Shown here: positions 9,381 to 20,000 of the stretch, in pieces | Numbering within the stretch: position 1 is the first letter of the stretch | Layout of the letters: the number at the start of each line of letters is the position of its first letter | DNA from: Lophium mytilinum | Taxonomy: Eukaryota | Length of the DNA: 20,000 bases | Assembly (NCBI GenBank): GCA_010093605.1 | Contig: MU004192.1 | Location: forward strand, 1,809,035-1,829,034 | Reading direction: 5' to 3' | Position numbers and translations under genes: made by a program | Notes under the pieces: generated by a model | Database searches by the model: none | What the model saw: only the letters and a program-made list of their open reading frames with translations | Told to the model about the DNA's origin: nothing

Positions 9381-10970
9381 TTACTAGGGGCCCGTTTTTA
9401 GACGCCGCCTTACTCTAGCTATCTAGAGCTCTAACTTGCTAGGGCTAATATCTATAGCCTCTAAAGATTAAATAAGATAATTTAATATAGTAAAACGGGC
9501 TAAGAACTTACTTTAGACCTCCCTCTATAAGTTCTTAATCTCCTTCTAACGCTAGACTACCTAAGCTTCTAGCTTAGCATAGCGCTTTATAATACGTAAG
9601 CCCTCCGCATTAAGATTTACTTTAAAAGGCGTAAACTTTAACATCTACTTATAGAACTTAGCCTATTAGAACTTATTAATACTATTAATACTATTATTAT
9701 TTAGCCCGGCAGGATAATAATAAAAGCTACTACCTCTACTAATATTAGTATTAGTAAGCCTAGTAAATAAAATCTCTCTAAATATAGATTACTTCCTAGA
9801 TACTATAAGAAAAATTAAAAAGTTTCTTATATAATACTTATTCTTAAAAAGGTAAATATATACTACCTCTATAAGATATATAAGGTAATTTAAGCTAGAA
9901 TGCGCATTATACTACTACTTGCGCTTTATTATATTCTTAGCGTACCTAATATACTATAGTAGTAGAAATAGAGGACTCTCTATATCCTCTATAAGACTCT
10001 ATATCTTTATTCTTACCTTAAGATTATTATAAAATCTAACTAAGATATTCTAGCGCAATAAATTCCCTTAATTAGTATTACAACTAAAATAATAATATTT
10101 CCTAGACTATATCTTAGCCTTTATTATTTCTAAGCTAATAGCATTATTAATTTAATAGGCGGTAATCTAATTAAATAAGCTATTTCTAAGATAGCTTCTT
10201 AATAAAGCTATTACGCGCATAAGCTTATCTAGTATAGGCAAGTTACTGCTAGCATCTACTAAAATCTAATTATAAATTACTAGTTACTAACTAGACCGGC
10301 TATAGAGTAGATTAATAGACTAAACTATATTCTCTTTACTAGAGAAATATATATAGGTAAGGTTGCCGCCTATAATTTTCTAGAGAACTAATAGATATAC
10401 TACTATAAGAATCTACTAGGTAGCCTGCATCTAGAGCTTTATATTAATAAGCTATATAAATGTGTTCTAGTACTCTTTAAGCTTTTCTTTCTTAAAAACC
10501 TCTCTAAGTAACCCCTCTAGGCCCCCGCCTACTAAAGCTATTAAGTATTTATTTTAAATAGATTAAATAGTAAAGGCCTTATAATTATACTCTTCTTAGG
10601 TCTATAGAAGAGCTTTAAGCTTACCTATATTCTATAAGTCTTCTAGAATATTAAACTTACCTCTATTCTTAAGGTAATCTTCTTTATCTTTACTCTTAAA
10701 GAAATTATCTTATATTAGCTAGGCTATCTTCTTATAGCTTACTAACTTAGGCGCCCTTAGGCGCTAATAAATATTCTTAAATATCTTATCTAACCCTACT
10801 GCGTTACTAGATGTCTCTTTCTTAGCCTTCTAGGTCTTCTTAGAGTTACTAGATATCTTATCTTTACTCTCTATAACCTCTAGAATCTCTATCCCTTCCT
10901 TACTTTAAGAAATTTTATCCTTCTTATCTTTACTATCTAAAGCAATTTAACGTTATTTACCGCAATTTAT
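9381..10970 (-). pseudogene. RIP-killed ~530-codon gene with GIY-YIG-like nuclease motifs and C-terminal coiled coil
   Basis: All segments read by eye share one frame. Literal VIYN*ILVD ... YIRYAKNIIKRK**YNAHSSLNYL ... REILFTRL ... YYPAGLNN de-RIPs to VIY..ILVD / YIGYAKN..KRKQQH / GEILFTRL / HYPAGLN (YI[G]Y at 9942-9953, YPAGLN at 9699-9716). Charged N-terminus; probable start ATA(<ATG) at 10970. Confidence 0.7.
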
Positions 10971-13085
10971 AGCGCCGCGTTAATTTACAGTATTAAGAGT
11001 AAGAAAATAAAATAAAATACGGGCGGCGATAGAATAGGTGCTAGTTACTATAGTTACCGCAGTTGCTAAGGCGCTAAATTAATCTACGCATTACAATCTT
11101 CCTATAAAGTACTAACTATATTTATCTTAAGATAGTATATTACTGCCCTAACTATAATAACAACAGTAGCTAGTAATAATATTATTACTAGTGTTATTAG
11201 GTAATAGTAGTAAACAACGGTAGTAAATAACAGTAGTAATAAAAAGGGTTAGTTTCTAAAAGTTCTCTATATAATTTAGTATTACTAGCGTATATTTTAT
11301 ATAGGGACGCTAATTTAATAAGGGTTAGGCTATTTAAATATTAAATATATATATTTATTTTTATATATACTAATAATACTTAAAATATTTTAAGTAGTAC
11401 TAGTATATACTATAATAGCGCTAGGCTAATACTAGATATACTAAGTAGATATAGTCTATTTAGATTTATATAGAAGCTAAGCTATACTACTTAATAATAA
11501 TTATATATTAAACCCCTTTAAAAAAATAGTTTAATACTTTACCTAATAAAATAGATAAATATAGTAAGTTATAGTAGTTATAGTATATAGAAGTACTATT
11601 TTATAATAAAGCATCTATATTATTACTACTAGTACTATTTTAACTATTAGATACCTAATATTTAACTTAGTTTCTTAATATAGCATATACTAGATTACTT
11701 AAAAATTAAAAGTAATAACTATTACTAAAAATAATTAAGCAATTTTAAAGGCATATTAACGGGCATAAAAGCGCGGTTATAGTAAAATTTTTTTTATAAG
11801 ATTTAGTAAATATTTTACTAAGCTACTTAAAGTAGCTTTAGTAAGCTTATTTTATATAGTAGGGACGTTAAATTAGAGCTTATTTTAGTGCTAAAACCTT
11901 ATTTTAACGCCGCAATTTCTAATTAAAAGCAAAATAATAGCTAAACTAAAGCGTTTTAAATTATTTTTAATTCCTAATATAGTAGAATTTGGCATAGAAT
12001 AGAGAAAAAATATAAAAAATATAATATTACTAAAATAATATATATATATATATAGATACCTTAGAAAGTATTAAATATAGCTAATAGTAGATACTATAGT
12101 AATTACCCCTTATACTAGTATTTTAAATTACTACTATATATAATATATTATATCTAGATTATCTCTAGAATATATCTAGAATATATTAAGTATCTATAGT
12201 AAGTATATAATATTTATAATAAATATCTATTCTATAAGATTATATATAGGTAATAGTACCTTACTAGTATATTTTAGATATAATTACTAGTATAGTATAT
12301 ATATAGTATTAAACTAGATATAAGAGATCTTAGAAAGCTAATATAATATATACTTTAATACTAAGGCTTACTACTCTTTAAAGGTAATAATAAAAATAAC
12401 CCTTTTAAATTTCTATTCTAGCTTAGTAATATATATTTCTACTCTATATAGCTTTATTATAAAGCTATTTAAGTTATATAAGATTCTATAAGAGAAATTC
12501 TATTAAAGTTCTATAATACCTACTTTTATACTTAGGCCTATTACTACCTAAAATAAGAAATTAGAATTAACCCTTAAAAATTTATCTATCCGCCTAAGAC
12601 TAAAACCTTTAACTACTAATACTAAAAAATACTAGATGCCTAAACTTTAGAAGGGTAGAATTAGTAGAAACTTTTATATACTATAAAGACTTTAACTTAA
12701 GTTATTCTTAGTAGTATCTTAAAACCTAGATAACTATATAACTAAAAATAATAATCTAGTACTTTTAAGTTTCTATATTATTAACTAGACCCTATCTAGA
12801 TAGCTAAGGGCGTTTTAAAAGGTATCTATTAGTAGTTATAAAGAAGTATAAACCCATAATTTTTTTTTAATTTTATAGCTATACTATTAACTCCTTACTC
12901 CTTTTATAAATAACTAGCAAGCTAAATTACACTTAAACTAAGAATTCAGAATAGTTAAGCAAGTTAAGCGAGTTAAGTTTAGCCCAATTAATACCCCCCC
13001 TAATATCTTTATCTACCCATATATAGTTTCTATAGTAAAATATTAACTTTTAAAGCTTTCTAGTAAATATAAGTAATAGATATTA

Positions 13086-13565
13086 ACTTACGGGTCTTAA
13101 AACCAGTTAGAAGGGCTAGCATCTTTAGTAGAATAGAGAGTAGAAGAGTTAGAAGGGAAAAAAGAGCTAGAATAGCTATTTTTAATAGAAGCCTTCTCCT
13201 TTTCCTTAAGAGAAGTAAGGGGTTTTTCAGCAGCAGTAGCAGCAGTTAGAAGCTCTAATTAAAGTATAAATTAGCCTAATATAAAAGGTAAAAAAGGGTT
13301 AAAAGATAAGTACTTACTTACTTCTAAATTGCGAATTTCTCTAGTATAGCATTTACCTAGAATTTGCAATTAAACTTTTAAATTTATAGAAATCCTTTTT
13401 AGCGTCTCAACCCTTCTAAAAAAAAAGATTAGTATACTAGAGAGTATATAAAAGGGTTTATATTAAAGGGAAAGTTAAAAAAGTTAATAAAAAATAGTAA
13501 ACTTACTTCTTTAACTTACACTCTCTAGGTTTAGTTTTGCTCCCCTTAGGTCTTCCACCCTTTAT
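13086..13565 (-). pseudogene. Relic of a small multi-intron gene beginning with an AT-hook-like motif
   Basis: KGGRPKGSKTKPRECKLK from 13565. GTAAGT donors at 13506, 13321 and 13091, the first two with CTAAT-type branch sites and TAG acceptors. Exon 1 splices in frame to RVETLKRISINLKV*LQILGKCYTREIRNLE. Confidence 0.4.
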
Positions 13566-15557
13566 AGTAGATTTCTACACTCTAAAAGCGCGAGAAATTA
13601 TTAAAATAATTACTTAAGGTAAAAGAGCTCTCATCTTTTATTATTAGAAGAAAGAGAAGAGAGTTAGATAAAGAAATAAAGAGTTATCTTAGGGTTCTTT
13701 TATATCTAATAATTCTACTAAGATAGAAAGCTCCAATCGGCAATAAAATTAGTGTTAGGCGTTAGCTAAGAGTAAGTCTAAAGCTTAGAAATATAGATTA
13801 ATAATAGAGTAGATCTAGATACCTTAAAATTATAAATATTTAATAATCTATAAAGCTAACCCCCACTTCTAGAAAATCTAGCTCTTAAGCTAAGAAAGTT
13901 AAAACTTATCTACTACCTATTTAAGTATAAAGTGCGGATAAATTGGCATATAGTATAGAAACTCTTACTTAGTACTAATTAGGTATAGCTATTACTAGAA
14001 AGAGTAGATTTAGTAAGAAATTCTAGAGTAAAGCTATTAAGATAAGAATTACACTAGAATAATACTCTAAACTAGCGCATTTTTCACGCCTTATAAAATT
14101 AGCATCTATTCTAAGCCTAAAAAGGTAATATAGGTATTTTATATAGAGTAGATTATAAGTAGTCTTAAAGTATAACCCTTATATTTATAGCACCTTTAAA
14201 TCTCTAGAAAAGTAAAATTACAGTAGATAATAGCTATTTTTTATTAATACTATTAGCTATATCTAACTCTATTAACTAAAAGACTTATATATATATAGAC
14301 CTATAATAGCTTTATATATTATATAAGTAGTAAGAGTTTATATCTAATAAGTAGGCTAATATAAATTTAATAAAAAAAAGATACTTACTTACTAAACCTA
14401 AGTACCCTAGCTATTATAGTAACTAACTAATACTAGTTATTATTAATAAAAAAGTATATAGATACTCTAGTATACTATATATATACTTTATAGCTATAGG
14501 CCTACTCTATAGACTAAGTAAATATTAATAGCTAAAGTAAACTAAATATACTTTAGAGAGAAACTCTAAGCTAAAAAATAGATATAAGGTATATATAATA
14601 GATATACTATAGTTAGACTCTATAATAGCTCTATATAAGTATAGAAATACCTAATTACCTAAAAGAGATATAAAAGGTAGTATATAGAAATAAAAGATAT
14701 ATTTAAGTACTTTATTTTATAAAGTAATAAAAAGTTATATAGAGAATTAGTATAAGTCTAAAAGAAATATCTAATAGCTTATATATATATAGTTAATAGG
14801 TTTTATACTCTAAACTCTATAATACTTAGTAGTTATATTCTTAAAGATTTTAGTAGTAGTATATCTTATATATTTCTACTTAATATTAATACTTAATACT
14901 AGTAATATTATAATAGGCCTCTAAGCTAGTTTAAGAGTAGTAATAAGCTAAATATAGTATATAAGCTTTTATAAAGGTTAATAATATAAGTAATATCTAA
15001 TATACTTTCTATCTATCTTAGTATAGCTAAGACTCTATCTTAAAGAAATTATTATCTTCTTTAATAAACTTAGCTATAGCTTATACTTAGAGTTTCTAGA
15101 TACTCTAAGATATAGTATATAAATATATAGCTTAGTATAGAGTAGATAATTAGTAGTAGATACTTTAGTATATAAGAGTTATAGTAGATAGCTATCTAAC
15201 TATATAAAATAATAATTATTAATAAATACTATAGTAATTATTACTTAGTCTAATATATAGTATATTTTAGTATTTAGAGTTACTATATATAGTACTACTT
15301 AGTATATACTATATATTTATTAAAGAGTTCTATTCTAGTAATAATTAGATAGGGGTAATCTACCCCCACCAGATTAACTTAGTAGTACCCTATTAACCTA
15401 GCTATATAATATTAATATAGCTTTATCTTAACCTTATTTATATCTAAACTAGCTATTCTATTATATTCTAGAATCTAAACTATACTATTTAAGCTATAAA
15501 GATATATACTCTAATAGATAAACTATAATTAAACCTAAAGTAAACTAACTATTATTA

Positions 15558-16372
15558 NNNNNNNNNNNNNNNNNNNNNNNNNNNNNNNNNNNNNNNNNNN
15601 NNNNNNNNNNNNNNNNNNNNNNNNNNNNNNNNNNNNNNNNNNNNNNNNNNNNNNNNNNNNNNNNNNNNNNNNNNNNNNNNNNNNNNNNNNNNNNNNNNNN
15701 NNNNNNNNNNNNNNNNNNNNNNNNNNNNNNNNNNNNNNNNNNNNNNNNNNNNNNNNNNNNNNNNNNNNNNNNNNNNNNNNNNNNNNNNNNNNNNNNNNNN
15801 NNNNNNNNNNNNNNNNNNNNNNNNNNNNNNNNNNNNNNNNNNNNNNNNNNNNNNNNNNNNNNNNNNNNNNNNNNNNNNNNNNNNNNNNNNNNNNNNNNNN
15901 NNNNNNNNNNNNNNNNNNNNNNNNNNNNNNNNNNNNNNNNNNNNNNNNNNNNNNNNNNNNNNNNNNNNNNNNNNNNNNNNNNNNNNNNNNNNNNNNNNNN
16001 NNNNNNNNNNNNNNNNNNNNNNNNNNNNNNNNNNNNNNNNNNNNNNNNNNNNNNNNNNNNNNNNNNNNNNNNNNNNNNNNNNNNNNNNNNNNNNNNNNNN
16101 NNNNNNNNNNNNNNNNNNNNNNNNNNNNNNNNNNNNNNNNNNNNNNNNNNNNNNNNNNNNNNNNNNNNNNNNNNNNNNNNNNNNNNNNNNNNNNNNNNNN
16201 NNNNNNNNNNNNNNNNNNNNNNNNNNNNNNNNNNNNNNNNNNNNNNNNNNNNNNNNNNNNNNNNNNNNNNNNNNNNNNNNNNNNNNNNNNNNNNNNNNNN
16301 NNNNNNNNNNNNNNNNNNNNNNNNNNNNNNNNNNNNNNNNNNNNNNNNNNNNNNNNNNNNNNNNNNNNNNNN
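15558..16372. other. Assembly gap (815 N)
   Basis: Run of N; true distance and contiguity across it are uncertain. Confidence 1.
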
Positions 16373-16444
16373 TTTTCTAAGTTTAGAATTAAGTACTTAG
16401 TTTAGAAGTTATTAATCTAAATAGAATAGAGTTTAATACTCTAA

Positions 16445-16703
16445 TATAATAGCTAAGTAGATTAAAAACCTAATAGCTAGATATAGGGGGCCGATATAAT
16501 ACAAGTAATAAGGTATATTAACTATTACGAAAATCTAAGCTAAGGAGGAGAGAGAGAGCTAGAAGCTTTTAAGAGGTTGTAGTTCAACGCCGGCGCATAG
16601 GCCGCGGCCTAGCGCCTTAGGCTAGCGTCTTACTTAGGTCACGTAAGGGGCTATATATAACCTTAGCACGTAATTACTATAATTCTAGGTTTATACTATA
16701 ATA
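16445..16703 (-). repeat. Probable 3' LTR of the Gypsy element (~260 bp; far end uncertain)
   Basis: Follows polypurine tract AAAGGGGGGGGTAG (16717-16704). Starts TATTATA (RIP form of TG...) and plausibly ends GCTATTATA (RIP form of ...CA) at 16445. Confidence 0.6.
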
Positions 16704-19700
16704 CTACCCCCCCCTTTAAAAGCTGAAGTTCTATAAGGCTTATAACGTATTATAGCTCCTTTATTCTTTCTATCCTGTTTCTATTAAGCTACTTGTGCAG
16801 CCTTACTATATATATACTTGCTATTATCTATAGTCTTACTATATCTATTATTTCTATTATCTCTATTATTTCTATTATTTCCGTTATTTTTATCCTTATA
16901 TTTGTCCTTATATTTATTCTTAAGCGCTGCAAGCGGGCCGTATAAATTAACCTAAGGCCTGTTATTAGCTTCTACCTATTAGAGTCCTACTTTAGGTTGC
17001 CTATATAGAATAGCCTTCTTGCGAGATAACTTAGCTACCTAATAAGGTTGCTATTTATACTTACTTAGGCTAGTACTAAGGATATTCTATAGGCCTACTA
17101 TTGCTATAGTAGTGCTTATACTTTTACCTATTATTTTTACAACCTTCTATTTAGACGTGCTAAATGTTAGATAAGGTTCTACTTTAAGACTATATTTTAT
17201 GTAGTATTCTATAAGAAGTTTATTACACCCGTTAGCGTTCTAATAGGGCTCCTATTTAGGCTAAGTATTATTATATCTAGTCTAGGCTATTTTATAGACT
17301 AAGTAAGGCTTCTTACCTATATATAGATCTAGTCGGCGGCCGTTAAACCGGGAGTTAAGGACTTTATTAATATAGAACTAACCTGCAAAGCTATCTTCTT
17401 CTATCTTAAGCGCAGGCAGGGGTTCTAGACGTTATTCTAGAAGGGGCGTCTTATTAATTTAATAAAGTAGCTAGAGGTAGAATACTAGAAAGATTCCCTT
17501 TATAGACTTAGGGAGTTCTAGCTTATAGGCTATATTATTAATAACTTATATTACACGGAAGAGACTAAGGTTCTTATAGTTAAGGGACTTGCTTAGTTAT
17601 ATAGTATAAATATTCTTAGTGTTTAGTATAACTATATTATTAACTTTAAACTTAGGGGCGGGCAGCCAATTTTAATTAGCTAGCTCCTTTATCTTAGACT
17701 AATTCTAATAGAGTTCTTCTTTAAGGAACTCTTATAGATTATAAATGCGCGTAATAAGTTTCTTAGCTATATTAACTCCTTAGCGCTTAGGGCCTAGAAT
17801 AATAACGCCTTAAGATAATAGCTTTAAGCCGCTGCAGGGTATATAGCCCTTAGTAGCTTTAAATAGTAACACGCTAGTGGACTAATTAATGTCGGCGTTA
17901 GCCTTAAATTCGGCGAATACAATTAGATTTACCTAGTTGTTCTGCAGGTAGTAGATATACGCGCGCAGGTACTACTTTAAGCCTGCGTTAATAATTTTAG
18001 TTTATCTATCTATCTCTAGATAGGCTGTAGTAGATAGCTTTAGGTATATTTCTATACATTTATAGAGGTGCTTCTAAAAGAAGAATATAAACTACGCGCT
18101 ACGGTTAGATATAATACAGTCTAGATAGCCTTCCTTGCGCTAGATCTAGTTAATAAAGGCTTGCGTAATGTTCTCTAGCTCTATAGAGTCTAGGGGAATA
18201 AACTTACGCTTTTTAGATAGTTAGTTAATAACTACTATAACATGTTAGTATGTACGGCCCTTAATAGTATAAGGGGGCAGCTTAGTAATAAAGTTAATAG
18301 AGATGTCCGTCTAGTATTAATTTAGAATAGGTAGTAGCTTAAGTAAGCTATATTTACTATTCTTATAGACCTTAGTATATCTATATATTAGGTAGGCGTT
18401 AATATATATAGTAATAGAGTTTATAATACCTAGCTAGTAGTACTAGAAGAAGAGGTAATAGTAGAGGGAGTTTCTTCTAGTATAGCCTTCTAGAAGAGAG
18501 TTATAGGCTTTCTTAATTAATTGCGTACGGAGCTTTGCGTTATATAGAATATATAGGCGGCTGTTAATAAATAGCCTATTTTTATAGATTTTATAATTGC
18601 TAAGCTTAATTTTAATACCTTATTTCTAAATAAGTTTAAGCAGGATGCGTTATTTACTAGTTTCCTTAGCGTGCATAATACGCTGGAGGATGTTATTCTC
18701 TGCGTAGGCTTAATTAATCTACTAGATAGTAGTGTTATTAGTATAGTTCCCTAGCAAGTTCTTATCTAACTTATTACTAGGTTTAGATACTTCCGGCGCT
18801 CCTTTACTAGGTAGATTGTTAGTGGCCGTAGGCGTGGGCGTAGGCTAAGGTGTAGTAGGCGTAATAATATTAGGGGTAGCGTTCTATAGATCTTTATCTA
18901 ACTTACTATAATTAGCTGCGACCTTAGTTAAGTATTTCTTTATTTCTCTTATTCTATTAGCTGCTAGAATAATATATAGAATATCTATAGGGTATTACTC
19001 TACAACTTTATATATTAGCTTAGTAAGCTGGATAATAGATACTTCCTATTTATTAAGAAGCATGCTGGCGAGCTGCAGGGCTTAGTATATTTCTTCTAGC
19101 AGGTTCCTCTTCTTTAATACTATCTATATTTAATGCATAGTTCTAGGGTTATTTAAATTATCTAGAATATTGCTAGGCCTATAAGTAAGGCTATTAGGCT
19201 TAGTTAACTACTTGCCTAGTCGCTAGTTTAGGACGAAGTTAAATTAAGAAAGATATTTAGCCTAATAGGCTTATTAGCAATTTAACTATTTAGAAGATAT
19301 AAAGTATTCTAGGTTCTTATAGTCTATTTATATAAGCATAGGGTTAATAACGCCAGCGAGTTTAGGGCGCCATTCTTTAAAGGCGCGGATAATAGCAAGC
19401 AACTCTTTATTATATATCTCGTAGTTACATTCCGCTAGAGTTATCTTCTTAAATAGGAAGGCGATAGGGTAGAGAATTCTATCCGGGCCTTATTAAGAGA
19501 GAATTGCGGCTATAATATAATCTAAGGTGTTAGTCTCTAGTATATAGTCTAGATCTAGATTAAAGTAGGCTAGAACTAGTGCGGATAGAAATAAGGCTTT
19601 AAGCTTCTTAAAGGCTTATGCTGCTAGACTATTAGTAAGTAAGAGAAAGTTACCTTATTCTATTATTTTCTTAGTAAGCTTAGTTAGTAGGGCGGCGATC

Positions 19701-19905
19701 TGTAAATAACTAGCAATAAATCGCTAATAGAAATTGCAAAAGCTAAGAAATAATTAAATATTCTTAACGTTACGGGGCAGCTTCTAGTCTTAGATGGCGC
19801 TAACCTTAGTTAGGTCCATTTTTATACTATTAGGCGTAATAATAAGTCTAAGATACTTTACGCGTTTAACTAAGAAATAATACTTATTAATGTTAAGAAA
19901 GAGTC
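16445..19905 (-). mobile_element. Ty3/Gypsy (chromovirus) LTR retrotransposon, 3' half only, RIP-inactivated
   Basis: Minus-strand domain order: RT C-terminus (KRVKYLRLII...LFLSFCNFY.RFI, ~19700-19900), RNase H ([24 protein letters not shown], ~19360-19440), integrase (TDISINFITKLPP ~18300; ST.AY(P)E.D(GQ)T(E)..NAGLK(Q)YLRAY ~18000; G-P-F/Y region ~17560), chromodomain (YKIA(W)T(G)Y...(W)EP ~17250-17300), then PPT and LTR. Confidence 0.93.
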
Positions 19906-20000
19906 AGGGTTAGGGTTAGGGTTAGGGTTAGGGTTAGGGTTAGGGTTAGGGTTAGGGTTAGGGTTAGGGTTAGGGTTAGGGTTAGGGTTAGGGTTAGGGT
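19906..20000 (+). repeat. Telomeric repeat (TTAGGG)n, right chromosome end
   Basis: AGGG followed by 15 perfect TTAGGG units to the window end, with the G-rich strand running 5'->3' toward the end. Confidence 0.98.

Larger units (their letters stand above)
7900..15557. repeat. AT-rich RIP-degraded block (repeat- or duplication-derived DNA, mostly unresolved)
   Basis: Abrupt GC drop near 7860-7910, strong TpA excess with CpA/TpG depletion, and no ORFs in the track. Confidence 0.9.

Noticed and set aside
11000..15557. Specific transposon family for the remaining RIP block
   Set aside because: Too mutated to recover diagnostic motifs or paired termini by eye.
16840..16920. 9-bp TCTATTATT tandem repeats
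   Set aside because: Low-complexity tail inside the Gypsy element after the chromodomain, homogenised by RIP and not related to the hairpin arrays.

Overview
Right-hand end of a chromosome from a filamentous ascomycete with repeat-induced point mutation (RIP). It ends in (TTAGGG)n, and most AT-rich stretches are TpA-rich RIP relics that can be partly read by reversing C>T/G>A changes. From left to right: the 5' part of a secreted protein gene (minus strand, absent from the ORF track); a complete RIP-killed Tc1/mariner transposon (31-bp TIRs, TA target duplication); a GC-rich island (~2460-7900) with three uncharacterised genes (coiled-coil protein, damaged Cys/His zinc-knuckle-like gene, spliced Cys-cluster protein); a RIP-killed ~530-codon gene with GIY-YIG-like nuclease motifs; unresolved RIP DNA; an 815-N gap; and a RIP-killed Ty3/Gypsy chromovirus cut inside its RT domain and capped directly by the telomere. 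The main observation is that each of the four uncharacterised genes is followed, 10-42 nt after its stop and always in the same orientation relative to transcription, by a tandem array of 5-8 small hairpins (7-bp stem, 4-nt loop, ~24-nt period, 25 units in total). The stems show compensatory changes and G-U pairs on the mRNA strand only. This suggests an undescribed gene module sharing a structured 3' element and linked to a nuclease-like gene. All analysis was by eye and no database searches were run.
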